Shown here: positions 32,766 to 42,696 of the stretch, one piece after another
Layout of the letters: each line of letters begins with the position of its first letter
How positions within the stretch are numbered: position 1 is the first letter of the stretch
NCBI GenBank assembly: GCA_014360195.1
Contig: JACIXY010000003.1
Location: 83,692 to 147,691, forward strand
Direction: 5' to 3'
DNA from: Bacillota bacterium
GTDB lineage: Bacteria > Bacillota > SHA-98 > UBA4971
Length of the DNA stretch: 64,000 nt
Position numbers and translations under genes: made by a program
The notes under the pieces: model-generated
What the model was told of the DNA's origin: nothing
Databases searched by the model: none
Seen by the model: only the letters and a program-made list of their open reading frames with translations

Positions 32766-33998
32766 TTACACCTCGAGGCCGAACTTCGCGTGCAGCCCTC
32801 TCATGGCTTTCTGCATGTCTTCCTTCTTCACCAGGCACGATATGCTGGCGTGGGAGTCTGACGTCTGGTATATCGGCACTTTCGCCTCGGCGAGTGCCTC
32901 AACCACCCGGGCCATGACCCCCGGCACACCCCTCATGCCCGCTCCAACTACGGACACCTTGGCACAACCCCGCACCATTCTTATGGTAAGCCCATCGAGG
33001 CCAAGCCTTTCCAGGACGGCAACTGCGGTCTCGACCACGTCTTCGCTCACCGTAAAGCAGATAAGCTCCGGAAATACGTTGATGAGGTCCACGCTTATAC
33101 CCGCGTCGGCGAGCGCCCGGAACACGCTCTTCGCGATGCCCGACTCGTTGACGTCCCTCGACGAGTCAATGCGGATCTGTGCGACGTTTGTGAGATGGGT
33201 TACGCCCGTGGCCACCTTGTCGGACCGTATCACCGCCCCGTCAGGGGACGTTCCGGTCCTCGTCACGAGAGTGCCTGGCTCGTCAGAGAAAGTGTTCTTG
33301 ATCCGTATCGGGATGCCGCCCTCCATTGCTATCTCCACAGCCCTCGGATGGACGACCTTCGCTCCGAGGTGCGCCATCTCAACAACTTCCCTGTAGGTCA
33401 TAACCCGAAGGGATCTCGCATCAGGGACGATCCTGGGATCCGCGGTCATTATCCCTTCCACGTCGGTGTATATCTCGATGACCTCGGCCCCCAGCGCCAC
33501 CGCGAGAGCCGCGGCGGTGGTGTCGCTGCCGCCCCTGCCAAGGGTGGTGACGTCTCCCGACCGCGTCACGCCCTGGAATCCTGCGACCACCACCACCCTG
33601 TCGTCTTCCAGGTGCTCCAGCACCCGCTCCGGACGAACTTCCAGAATGCTAGTGTTGCCGAAGTTGTCATCGGTGATGATACCAGCCTGGGCGCCTGTGA
33701 GCCCCACCGCGGGGCACCCCATTGCCCGGAGCGTCTGAGCCATCACGACGGTCGAGATCACTTCGCCGCACGATAGAACGAGGTCCAGCTCGCGCCGGTC
33801 AACCTCGCTGTGCGCTTTCCGGACGAGATCTATAAGCGTATCTGTGGCGTACGGCTCCCCCATCCTTCCCATGGCCGATACGACCACGACAGGCGAATAG
33901 CCGCGCGACTTCGCCTCCAGCACCCTGGTCGCCGCACGGGCCCTCTGGGCGGGCGTGGCGACTGAGGTGCCGCCAAACTTCTGCACCAGGATCTTCAC
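32766..33998 (-). CDS. dapG: Aspartokinase I
   Basis: VQKFGGTSV, TLGRGGSD, ACT domains; lies in the dpaAB-asd-dapG-dapA operon. Confidence 0.92.
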   Translation of the reverse strand: MKILVQKFGGTSVATPAQRARAATRVLEAKSRGYSPVVVVSAMGRMGEPYATDTLIDLVRKAHSEVDRRELDLVLSCGEVISTVVMAQTLRAMGCPAVGLTGAQAGIITDDNFGNTSILEVRPERVLEHLEDDRVVVVAGFQGVTRSGDVTTLGRGGSDTTAAALAVALGAEVIEIYTDVEGIMTADPRIVPDARSLRVMTYREVVEMAHLGAKVVHPRAVEIAMEGGIPIRIKNTFSDEPGTLVTRTGTSPDGAVIRSDKVATGVTHLTNVAQIRIDSSRDVNESGIAKSVFRALADAGISVDLINVFPELICFTVSEDVVETAVAVLERLGLDGLTIRMVRGCAKVSVVGAGMRGVPGVMARVVEALAEAKVPIYQTSDSHASISCLVKKEDMQKAMRGLHAKFGLEV

Positions 33999-34098
33999 GG
34001 CCTTCACCTCGCCCGAGTCCTCAAGTTCCGCCTCCGGTCGACGAGCCATACATCCTGGATGCGCTCCATGCTACGTTTCGCGCTGCGTTGTACGGATT

Positions 34099-35130
34099 CT
34101 AGATGAGGCCCTGTCGAAGAGCCTCCTCGGCTATCTCCACGGCGTTCAGCGCCGCTCCTTTTCGAAGCTGGTCACCGACAACCCAGAGGTTCAGGCCGCG
34201 CTCGATGGAGTTATCCTCGCGTATGCGCCCGACCTGCACCTCATCCCGCCCCGCCGCGAACAGGGGCATGGGATATAGCATGTTCTCCGGGTCGTCCACG
34301 ACGCTCACTCCCGGAGCCCGCGCCAGGATCTCGCGGGCCTCCTCTTGGGAAAGCTTTCTTTGCGTTTCGATGTTGAGCGACTCGGAATGGCATCTTTCCA
34401 CCGGCACGCGCACGGTCGTCGCGGTCACGGCGATGCCCGGCCCCATTATCTTCTCGGTCTCACGTACCATCTTCCACTCTTCTTTCGTATAGCCCATATC
34501 CTGAAACACGTCTATCTGCGGGATCAGGTTGAACGCGATCTGGTAGTGCTTCGGGGCTGACGCAAAAGGCAGGGCACCCGGGGTTACAGTCCCGCCCGCA
34601 AGATACGCCTGGGTCTCCTCGAAGAGCGCGCTCATCGCCCGCGCGCCCGCGCCTGAAACCGCCTGGTATGTGGACACCACAACTCGCTTCACTGTGGCTG
34701 CATCATGGATCGGCTTCAGGACGACAACCATTATGATCGTGGAGCAGTTTGGGTTCGCTATGATACCAGAGTGCTTCGCGATATCGCCCGGGTTCACCTC
34801 CGGCACTACCAGAGGCACCTCCGGGTCCATGCGGAATGCGCTGGAATTGTCTATCACGAGGACGCCCGCCCGCGCCGCAGGAGGCGCGTATTCCCTCGAC
34901 ACTGAAGCCCCTGCGGAAAAGAATGCAAGGTCGTGCCCGGCGAGCCTCGCCTCCGAGAGCGCGCGCACCGGGAGGCTCTCGCCCCGGAAGCGCATGGTCT
35001 TCCCCTCCGACCTTGCCGAAGCGAACAGGGACAGCGTAGCGCAAGGAAACTCCCTCTCCTCAAGCACCCGCAGGAACTCCTGGCCGACCGCTCCCGTTGC
35101 CCCGACTATCGCCACTTTCAGTTTGCGCAC
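34099..35130 (-). CDS. asd: Aspartate-semialdehyde dehydrogenase
   Basis: GATGAVG, NPNCST, QAVSGAG, DQLRKGAA. Confidence 0.97.
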   Translation of the reverse strand: MRKLKVAIVGATGAVGQEFLRVLEEREFPCATLSLFASARSEGKTMRFRGESLPVRALSEARLAGHDLAFFSAGASVSREYAPPAARAGVLVIDNSSAFRMDPEVPLVVPEVNPGDIAKHSGIIANPNCSTIIMVVVLKPIHDAATVKRVVVSTYQAVSGAGARAMSALFEETQAYLAGGTVTPGALPFASAPKHYQIAFNLIPQIDVFQDMGYTKEEWKMVRETEKIMGPGIAVTATTVRVPVERCHSESLNIETQRKLSQEEAREILARAPGVSVVDDPENMLYPMPLFAAGRDEVQVGRIREDNSIERGLNLWVVGDQLRKGAALNAVEIAEEALRQGLI

Positions 35131-35241
35131 CGTTCTCCCCTCTCAACGCACTCCGGTTGCTCGGCGCGCACCGGCGCGCCGCGTGCTCCACCGTGCACGC
35201 GGCGTCGTGCGTGCTGCTCCCCTCGGAGTGCTGCACGAGCG

Positions 35242-35856
35242 TTATCTTAGGTTAGCATATCCCGCGTGCCTCTTCCTGTCAACAAGTAGGGGCTGAATCT
35301 GCCTTCCCTCCAGGGCTCCCACGACTGTGTCCACCATGAGGCCCATGTCGCTCACGAGAGAGTTGGGCTTGCTTTCGGGCGCATCCTGGCCGAAAGGGAT
35401 CATGTAGACGTTCCGGGTATTGAGCAGGATGCCGAGGTTCTTGGCATTTGCGCCGAGAGCGTCGTTTGTGGAGATCCCGAGGATCAGCGGCCGTCCGTTG
35501 CGCAGAGTTGACTTCGCTGCCATGAGCACGGGCCCGTCGGTGATGCCCAGCGCGAGCTTGGCGAGGGTGTTCCCCGTGCACGGGGCGATGACCAGGGCAT
35601 CGAGGACCTTCCCCGGCCCCAGGGGCTCCACCTCCTGGATGGTGCATGCCGGCTCCTTTCCGGTGATCTGCTCGAGCCTGCGCGCGATGTCGGCGGCCCT
35701 CCCGAACCGGGTGTTCTGTGTCGCGACCTTCTCCGACAGGATGGGATACACGTCGGCTCCGTCAGCAACGAGCTTCTCGATCTCCGGCAGGACTTCAGGG
35801 ATTGTACAGAAGGACCCGGTCAACGCGACGCCAACCTTCTTGCCAGCAAGCCGCAT
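35242..35856 (-). CDS. spoVFB: Dipicolinate synthase subunit B
   Basis: TGSFCT, APCTGNTLAK, STND, PFGQD..KPNS. Confidence 0.95.
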   Translation of the reverse strand: MRLAGKKVGVALTGSFCTIPEVLPEIEKLVADGADVYPILSEKVATQNTRFGRAADIARRLEQITGKEPACTIQEVEPLGPGKVLDALVIAPCTGNTLAKLALGITDGPVLMAAKSTLRNGRPLILGISTNDALGANAKNLGILLNTRNVYMIPFGQDAPESKPNSLVSDMGLMVDTVVGALEGRQIQPLLVDRKRHAGYANLR

Positions 35857-35893
35857 GGCTCACACCTCCAGCACGTGTTGCGCACCTTACGGG

Positions 35894-36790
35894 TCAGCGG
35901 AGACGGGCAAGTTCCCTGCGGATCATCTGAGGTAAAGCCTCGGCGAGGATCGCGCCGGCGGTTCTCGGCGCAACCTTTCCGGGTAGACCCAGAGCATGGA
36001 CGGTCCTTATGCCATAGCGGGCAGCGGCCTGGAAATCGGTGCCCCCGGGCTGGGACGCAAGGTCGATGATGAGCGACCCCGGCTTCATCCCCTTGAGCAC
36101 TTCCTCGGCGAGCACGATGGCGGGCACTGTATTGAAGACCACATCGGCGTCGGACGTCGCCTGGGCCAGGAATGAGAGGTGCACCGTGGAAGCGCCCATC
36201 TCCTCGGCCCTCGCGAGCTGCGCGAGGTTTCTCGCAGCGACGGTGGTCCGCGCGCCTAGGGCCAGCAGAACCCGCGCGAGCGTGATGCCGACCCGGCCGA
36301 ACCCTACGACGACCGCGCGGCACGAATGGATCGTCACAGGTAGCTCCTCCATGGCGATCTGGAGGGCGCCTTCTGCGGTGGGTATCGAGTTCCTTATGGC
36401 GACTTCGTCGTCCTCCGTCACCTCGACAAGGGTGACGCCGTGCCTGGCCGCGAACTCCTTGAGCCTGGGCCTGGCAGCTCCGACGAAAAGCGGAGCCCTG
36501 GGCGGGATGATTTCGAGCACTTCCTCGCTCAGGGCGATGGTGACATCCGGGTCAAGCGTCCTCACCTTGCCCCCGACATCGAGGCCCCCCATGCCCACCA
36601 CCACAGCATCTACGCCGCGAAGAGCCTCGAACACGGACGTCTCTCTCTCCGCGCCGGCAAGCTCGGGGAGGTCAGGATATCCGACCACCTTGACCCTGGC
36701 CCCCTCGGCCAGGAACCTCTTTATCACCTCTATCTCTCGCCAGTCTCCCCCGAGTACCGCGATGACAAGCCCACCAAGGCCCCCCTTCAT
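35894..36790 (-). CDS. spoVFA: Dipicolinate synthase subunit A
   Basis: LGGDWR, NSIPTAEGA, DLASQPGGTDF, LPGKVAP. Confidence 0.95.
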   Translation of the reverse strand: MKGGLGGLVIAVLGGDWREIEVIKRFLAEGARVKVVGYPDLPELAGAERETSVFEALRGVDAVVVGMGGLDVGGKVRTLDPDVTIALSEEVLEIIPPRAPLFVGAARPRLKEFAARHGVTLVEVTEDDEVAIRNSIPTAEGALQIAMEELPVTIHSCRAVVVGFGRVGITLARVLLALGARTTVAARNLAQLARAEEMGASTVHLSFLAQATSDADVVFNTVPAIVLAEEVLKGMKPGSLIIDLASQPGGTDFQAAARYGIRTVHALGLPGKVAPRTAGAILAEALPQMIRRELARLR

Positions 36791-36825
36791 CCACGGTCCC
36801 TCCTCTGACCTCAAGTTGCTACGTG

Positions 36826-36854
36826 TAATATATGAACCTGCACGAGGGCCGGTG
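36826..36854 (-). promoter_or_regulatory. sigmaK-like promoter of spoVFA
   Basis: AC-N17-CATATATTA on the minus strand; spoVF is sigmaK-dependent in B. subtilis. Confidence 0.6.
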
Positions 36855-36912
36855 CCTGTTCCGCCTGCCAGGGGACCGGAGCACCTGCGGCGGGAAGGTG
36901 GCGTTCGGCTTA

Positions 36913-37312
36913 AGTGAGAATGCAGAGATCCTCTCGACTTTGAGAGGGGCTGCCGGTGGTTGCACGAGAGGTGCCAAAATCCGGCCACTGGCTAAGTAGA
37001 TCGTCACAAGTTTGCGCTGCTTTCCAGTGCGCAAGTCCTATCCAGGGTTGCCGGTGTTGCACTCCGGGGACGGCGCGCTTGCGGCGCGCCTCGTTCGAAT
37101 TTGGCGTACGGGCTGGCCAAATTCCAGGCGCCCCGCCCTAGCAAGCACCGGCAACCCCAACACCGCCAGAACAAGTGTCGCAAACTTATGGCGCCATACT
37201 TAGACGGGCCGGATTTCGGCGAAGTGTGCCCCGCTTGGGGCCCCGTCCCCGAGTGCAACACCGACAGCCCCCTGCCCACTGGAAAACTGGGAGGAATTAA
37301 CAACCCCCCGCT
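36913..37312. mobile_element. MITE (long core) interrupted by a nested MITE
   Basis: Removing 36995-37202 restores the reverse complement of the 26976-27091 core. Confidence 0.78.
36995..37200. mobile_element. 206-bp MITE nested in another MITE
   Basis: C-TA...TA-G flanks; left arm AGTAGATCG.CACAAGT as at 26925; same length. Confidence 0.82.
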
Positions 37313-37353
37313 CAGGTTTGAATTCAGTAGCCTGCACTAAGTGAGGGTGACTA

Positions 37354-37480
37354 AGTGAGCGTGCGGGAATGCTCACGACTCCAGGAGGGGTTGCCGGTGA
37401 CCGAAGGAGAGAGCGCAACACCGGCAACCCACGGGAAGGCAACGATAGCTTGAGGCCAATGGCATGTGTGAACCCGTACT
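37354..37480. mobile_element. MITE copy at the dapB stop codon, preceded by a 12-bp orphan end (37340-37351)
   Basis: TA-AGTGAGCGTGCG...core...GTACT-TA; the right end supplies the TAA stop of dapB. Confidence 0.75.
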
Positions 37481-38310
37481 TACAGGTCGAGGAGGTGCTC
37501 GAGGCCGAAGACCGCGTGATCCAGGTCCATGACTCTCCGGATGGCTAGCATGACGCCAGGCATGAACGACTCCCTCGATATCGAGTCATGGCGTATCGTG
37601 AGCACCTGGCCCGGTCCCCCGAAAAGGACCTCCTGGTGAGCGACCAGGCCCGGCAGCCTCACGCTGTGTATCCGCACGCCCCCAACGCTCTCGCCCCGGG
37701 CGAGGGGCTCCTCGCCCCCAGCTGCGGCCTCCGCCCGCGCCCGGTCCACCCTGGCCATGCCCTGCGCGGTCTTGATGGCCGTACCGGAGGGCGCGTCTAT
37801 CTTCCTGTCATGGTGTAGCTCGATTATCTCGGCGGCGTGGAAATACCTCGAGGCCATCTCGGCAAACTTCATCATGAGTACCGCCCCTATGGCGAAGTTG
37901 GGGGCGACCACCGCGCCGATCCCGTTCCTGTGGCACAGCCGGTCGATCTCATCGATGTCCTGCGCGCCGAGGCCGGTCGTGCCCACCACGCACCGAACGC
38001 CCATCCCCAGTGCCGTCCTGACGTTCTCCATGACGGCGGCCGGGTGCGTGAAGTCCACCATCACGTCCGGGCGTAGCCGGGTGAGGGACGAGACGAGATC
38101 GCGCGTCACCTCGAGAAAACCGTCCGTGCGCTCGGCATCAATGGGCACCCTCCCCTCCCTGACGTCCACCCCGCCGACAAGCTCCATGTCAGGCTCCCTT
38201 GACACTGCGGCCAGGACCTGCCTCCCCATCCGTCCCGCGGCACCAGCCACGACCACTCTTATCCGCGACGCCTTCTCCGTCTTCATCTCCATGTCTTTCC
38301 CCTCCCCCAT
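37480..38310 (-). CDS. dapB: 4-hydroxy-tetrahydrodipicolinate reductase (start may be 38292)
   Basis: GAAGRMG, VGTTG, ELHHDRKIDAPSGTA. Confidence 0.97.
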   Translation of the reverse strand: MGEGKDMEMKTEKASRIRVVVAGAAGRMGRQVLAAVSREPDMELVGGVDVREGRVPIDAERTDGFLEVTRDLVSSLTRLRPDVMVDFTHPAAVMENVRTALGMGVRCVVGTTGLGAQDIDEIDRLCHRNGIGAVVAPNFAIGAVLMMKFAEMASRYFHAAEIIELHHDRKIDAPSGTAIKTAQGMARVDRARAEAAAGGEEPLARGESVGGVRIHSVRLPGLVAHQEVLFGGPGQVLTIRHDSISRESFMPGVMLAIRRVMDLDHAVFGLEHLLDL

Positions 38311-38442
38311 TCATGTCCGTTCGCCTCGGCTGGCCACGGCGAAAGGAAAATGAAGAGCCGCCCGGTGCCCGGCCTTGCACGGCTGGACCCGCGACGGCGT
38401 CTTCCCAGCGGATGCCGAAGGCCACCCGGGCCTTTACCTCTA

Positions 38443-38562
38443 AGTGAGGGTGCGTTAGTTCTCGCCGCTCTTCCAGTAGTCGTCGGGTTGCCGGTGTTGA
38501 GCTCTCTCCTTCGGTCACCGGCAACCCCTCCCAAAAGTCGGGAGCATTTCTGCACCCTCACT
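38443..38562. mobile_element. 120-bp MITE copy at the stop codon of the YflT-like gene
   Basis: C-TA-AGTGAGGGTGC...GCACCCTCACT-TA-G. Confidence 0.87.
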
Positions 38563-39053
38563 TAGTGGATCTCGATATCAGATGCCCCGAACCTCGCAAG
38601 CACGTTCTTCGCGTCGTCCACGGTGTTGTCGTCGGCCTTCACAACCGCGAGGATCTTGCCTTCCTTCACCTTGTTCTCGTAGTACCTTCCCCGCTCCTCG
38701 GGAATGCCGAGGTCAACAAGGCCTCCCACGATCCCGCCGGTCACAGCCCCGGTGAGACCTGCAGCTATGGGGCCCGCAGCGACGATGGGGCCGATCCCGG
38801 GGATCGCAAGCGCGCCAAGCCCGGCGAGAAGGCCCGTCGCGCCCCCTATGGCGCCGCCGGTGAGGGTCCCACCGGTAATGTCATTTCCCCCTCCCCGCAT
38901 CGTAAGCCCGCCCTCGCCGCGGTCGCCTCCCTTCATGCGCTCCTCCTTCGCCACGATGGATACCTTGTCATCACCGAAGCCCTTTCGCTTCAGCTCCTCG
39001 ACCGCCCTTTCCGCCTGATCGCGCGAATCAAACGTGCCTATTACGCTTGCCAT
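38562..39053 (-). CDS. YflT-like general stress protein with Gly-rich membrane hairpin
   Basis: VIGTFDSRDQAERAVEEL...GALAIPGIGPIVAAGP...LGIPEE; its own GGAGG RBS. Confidence 0.82.
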   Translation of the reverse strand: MASVIGTFDSRDQAERAVEELKRKGFGDDKVSIVAKEERMKGGDRGEGGLTMRGGGNDITGGTLTGGAIGGATGLLAGLGALAIPGIGPIVAAGPIAAGLTGAVTGGIVGGLVDLGIPEERGRYYENKVKEGKILAVVKADDNTVDDAKNVLARFGASDIEIH

Positions 39054-39368
39054 TTGCAAAGCCTCCTCCGAAAGACTGGATTTCGGCTTTAGTTTGACAT
39101 AATGGCAAGCCTTGTATTCACCGCAGTCCATGGCGGCCGCGACCTGCTGCTTGCACTGCTCACGGGAGTCTGATGCATCGTGGCCCTCGAGCTTCTCCTT
39201 GATGCGTAGGTACTGGGCGACAAGCCTGTCCAGGTTTTCGCTGATGCGGTATGTCTCCGCCCCGTCAAGCCTTCCGTCGTCCCGGGCTATGGCCGTGTGC
39301 AGCTCCGCGCGCAACTCCTCGATGGCACCCCGGAGCGACTGCAGCCTCTCGTGTATCCTGCCGACCAT
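39054..39368 (-). CDS. Spo0E-like aspartyl-phosphate phosphatase domain, in frame with the YflT-like gene
   Basis: IEELRAELH...YRISENLDRLVAQYL resembles the Spo0E SQELD motif; GGAGGGAG RBS. Confidence 0.55.
39090..39119 (-). promoter_or_regulatory. sigmaG-like promoter of the YflT-like gene
   Basis: GAATA-N18-CAAACTA on the minus strand, about 35 nt upstream of the ATG. Confidence 0.5.
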
Positions 39369-40641
39369 GGTACTCCCTCCGAACGAATGACGATTTCGCC
39401 TTCCGCGGGCCGACCGCGGCCGCAACGGGCACCGCCCCGCCGAGCAGCTCCGCTGCCACCTCGCGCACGTCATCTCCGGTCACGCCATCGATCCTTCTGA
39501 AAACCTCATCTGGTGTCTCCAGAGGTTCGTGGAAGAGCTCGAGTCGTCCGAGCCTGCTCATGCGGCTATTAGTTGTCTCGAGATTCAACACGAGACTGCT
39601 TTTCAGCTGTTCCTTGCCCCTGCTTAGTTCCTCGGCGCTGATTCCACAAGACGCTACCTCGTTAAGCTCCTCACGAATGAGGTCCTCGACGACCTGGACA
39701 CGGTCCGGGCTTGTAGCCGCATAGAGGATGAAAGCTCCTGCATCGTCGAACGACGCCACGTACGAGTACGTCGAGTACACGAGGCCCCGATCTTCCCTGA
39801 GCTTCTGAAACAGCCTGGAGCTCATGCCACCGCCGATGGCGATGTCAAGCAGGTAAAGCGCAAATCTCTTCGGGTGCTTTCTGTTGTACGCTTCGACCCC
39901 GAGGCAGAGGTGCACCTGCTCGGTGTTCTTCGGTCGAAACACGCGCGCGCCCGGGGTCCACGACGGCCGCACCTCAGCAACCTGGGCGGAGGATGGCAGG
40001 CTAAGGTGCCTCTCCACCGCCTCCACGATGCTTTCGTGGGTCACATGCCCGGCCGCCGCGACAACTACATTGTCGCACGTGTAGTGATTGCCCATGTACC
40101 TGACTATGACATCCCTCGTGAGATTGCCGAGTGTCCCCTGCGTTCCGAGCACGGGCAGACCCACCGACCGGCTTCCCCAGGCCGCGCGAGCGATCTCGTC
40201 GTGGACCACGTCTTCCGGCGAGTCCTCGTACATCCCGATCTCCTCTGCCACCACGCCCCTCTCCTTCTCCACATCCTCCGGAGCCAGGAGCGGGTGGCAC
40301 ACGAGGTCGCACAGGATGTCCACCGCAAGGTCAACCTGCTTATCCAGCACCTTCGCGTAGAAACAGGTGTGGTCCTTGCCTGTGAAGGCATTCAACTGAC
40401 CGCCGACGCCGTCCATCTCTTCGGCGATCTGCCTCGCCGTCCGCCGTGTCGTGCCCTTGAAGACCAGGTGCTCGATGAAGTGGGAGACGCCGTTCTCCGC
40501 TGGGGCTTCCCATCTCGAGCCCGCGTTCACCCAGATGCCGACGGAGCAGGATCTCACGTGAGGGATCTCTTCGGTGACCACTCTCACGCCACACGGGAGA
40601 ACCGTTCGCTTGTAAGAGGCTGTGCCACCCGACTTTGACAG
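39265..40641 (-). CDS. M16 (pitrilysin-like) peptidase, probable CTG start
   Basis: HFIEH motif, GGQLNAFT, SSRLFQKLRE; homology continues upstream of GTG 40587 (YKRTVLPCGVRVV). Confidence 0.9.
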   Translation of the reverse strand: MSKSGGTASYKRTVLPCGVRVVTEEIPHVRSCSVGIWVNAGSRWEAPAENGVSHFIEHLVFKGTTRRTARQIAEEMDGVGGQLNAFTGKDHTCFYAKVLDKQVDLAVDILCDLVCHPLLAPEDVEKERGVVAEEIGMYEDSPEDVVHDEIARAAWGSRSVGLPVLGTQGTLGNLTRDVIVRYMGNHYTCDNVVVAAAGHVTHESIVEAVERHLSLPSSAQVAEVRPSWTPGARVFRPKNTEQVHLCLGVEAYNRKHPKRFALYLLDIAIGGGMSSRLFQKLREDRGLVYSTYSYVASFDDAGAFILYAATSPDRVQVVEDLIREELNEVASCGISAEELSRGKEQLKSSLVLNLETTNSRMSRLGRLELFHEPLETPDEVFRRIDGVTGDDVREVAAELLGGAVPVAAAVGPRKAKSSFVRREYHGRQDTREAAVAPGCHRGVARGAAHGHSPGRRKA

Positions 40642-40774
40642 ATCTCTCCACCTCTCGTCATGAAACGACAGACACTGATAGATTCGCCCACGTCAATATG
40701 ATTCCTCTTTCATCCTGAGAGAATCTCACCGCGATCTTTCGCGCGCGTGAGGGCTCGTTAGTCCCTCCCGGTGT

Positions 40775-40937
40775 GCCAACATCTGGTGGGCTGCCGGTGT
40801 TGCACTCGGGGACGGCGCCCCAAGTGGGGCGCGCTTCGCCAAAATCCGGCCCGTTAGGCAAGCGGCCATCTTGACACCCCTGGTGCAACCACCGGCAACC
40901 CATCCCAAAAGTCGGGAGCGTTTCTGCGCCCCTGCAC
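40775..40937. mobile_element. MITE variant (long core, ends decayed)
   Basis: Core close to 26976-27091; right arm CCCAAAAGTCGGGAGC as in the 120-bp copies. Confidence 0.75.
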
Positions 40938-41093
40938 AGCCGGACGGCGGTCACTGCATGGCAGCTCATGCAGAAACAGGCTCCGCTAGAGGAAGTTACA
41001 TAAAGGATCGTGGGCTTCGCAGTAGAATTGGGCATTACACACCGTGTGCGTCCGCGTCGGCCGGACGCTTCCGCCAAGGAGGAGAAGCCCGAC

Positions 41094-42566
41094 TTGGACC
41101 CAAAGATCGCAGCAGCTGTCTTGACCCTCCTTCTACTCGTCTTCTCAGCACAAAACCAGACCCCCTCCCCAGGTTCCGTCGAGCCGCCTGCGAACGCGCA
41201 CGGTGCGTCGCTGCCGAACGGGGCCGTAGCCGAGCCTGCACCCGGGAAGGACGCCGCAAGCCAGGGCACCCAGGCCACAACCAGGCGCGCACAGCCTGAA
41301 CTCGGGGCCGGGGCGAAGGCGAGGCCGGTGCCCGAACTCGAACCGGGCACCAGCACGACGGTCACGGAGCGCGCGAGAGTGCGCAAGGGGCCTGGCACAT
41401 CGTATGCAACCCTCACAAAGGTGAGCCCTCCCACAAAGTTTGTTACCCTCACCCGTCACAACGACTGGTACCAGGTCCGACTGCAGGACGGACGGGTTGG
41501 CTGGATTGCGGGGTTTCTCATCCTGGACCCGGCCGAAGAACGCGGACGCAGCGTGGATCCCGCGCCAGTTCTGACGGCGCCTGGGGGGTCGGAGCACAGG
41601 CCGCGCGGCACTCGCTGGGTGTTGGGGTACTACACCGAGGACTACCCGGGCGACCCGACATCATATGGCTCTCTCTTGAGGAGCAAAGGAGTCCTCGACT
41701 CCATGGCTGCTTTCCTGCACCCTGTAGACGCCAGTGGCCGCGTCTCAGGAACAGCGAGCAAGCGCGCAGTTGAGGCCGCAAAGTCCGCAGGAATTCAGGC
41801 ACTGGCGCTCGTGCATAACCTGACCACTTCAGGGTTCGACGCGAAGCGGGCCCACGCCCTGCTCCAGAACACCAACTCCCGGACGAGGGCCATAGCGGAC
41901 ATCCTGGACATCCTGGAGCGAGGCGGGTACGATGGCGTGAACATCGATCTCGAGAACGTGTACCCGTCGGACCGCGACAGACTCACGGCGCTCATGGAGG
42001 AGCTTGCCACAAAGCTCAGGCCCCGGGGATACCTTGTAACCATATCGGTGCCCGCGAAAACTGCGGATCACGCCGGGGCCGAGTGGGTCGGAGCGTTCGA
42101 CTACTACGCGCTTGGCCGAGTGTGCGACCACGTAATGCTAATGACCTATGACGAGCACGCATGGACCAGCGGCCCCGGGCCGATCGCGTCTTACAATTGG
42201 GTGGAAAGGGTCGTACGATACGCCATAACTCAGATGCCACGGAGCAAGATCCTGCTGGGCATCCCGGCCTACGGCTACGATTGGAACCTTCACACGGGCC
42301 GCGTCACGGCTCTTTCGTACACGCAGGTCATGAACCGCGCAAAAAGCCTCGGCATCGACCCATCGTGGGACCCGACGGCGAGATCGCCTTACTTCAAATA
42401 TGTGGACGCACGCGGCGCGCGGCATGAGGTATGGTTCGAGTCTTCCCACAGCATAAAGCCCAAGCTTGATCTCGTCACCAGGTACGACCTGGGAGGGGTG
42501 GCCATATGGAGGCTGGGATACGAGGATGACGCCTATTGGCAGGTCATCCGCGAAAAGCTGAGGTGA
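41094..42566 (+). CDS. SH3-domain GH18 glycoside hydrolase (YdhD/SleL-like)
   Basis: Signal peptide, SH3_3 (VRKGPGTSY...GWIAG), DGVNIDLE, MTYDEH, WRLG. Confidence 0.88.
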   Translation: MDPKIAAAVLTLLLLVFSAQNQTPSPGSVEPPANAHGASLPNGAVAEPAPGKDAASQGTQATTRRAQPELGAGAKARPVPELEPGTSTTVTERARVRKGPGTSYATLTKVSPPTKFVTLTRHNDWYQVRLQDGRVGWIAGFLILDPAEERGRSVDPAPVLTAPGGSEHRPRGTRWVLGYYTEDYPGDPTSYGSLLRSKGVLDSMAAFLHPVDASGRVSGTASKRAVEAAKSAGIQALALVHNLTTSGFDAKRAHALLQNTNSRTRAIADILDILERGGYDGVNIDLENVYPSDRDRLTALMEELATKLRPRGYLVTISVPAKTADHAGAEWVGAFDYYALGRVCDHVMLMTYDEHAWTSGPGPIASYNWVERVVRYAITQMPRSKILLGIPAYGYDWNLHTGRVTALSYTQVMNRAKSLGIDPSWDPTARSPYFKYVDARGARHEVWFESSHSIKPKLDLVTRYDLGGVAIWRLGYEDDAYWQVIREKLR

Positions 42567-42696
42567 GGGGATGAAGCAGCTTGGGCTCGTGCAAGCGTTG
42601 AAGCAAACCCAGATCCCGGCGTGGCCCAAAACACGGGACGACGCTGGATGCTGGACGTGGACCTTGGCGTGACCACACGGCTTTTGATACGGCTGC

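Noticed and set aside
36913-37480. Clustered palindromes as a CRISPR array
   Set aside because: Repeats are inverted, irregularly spaced and dispersed across the window; no cas genes.
38310-38440. Lysine riboswitch upstream of dapB
   Set aside because: GC hairpins and an AGAGG are present, but the region is too short and lacks the other L-box elements.
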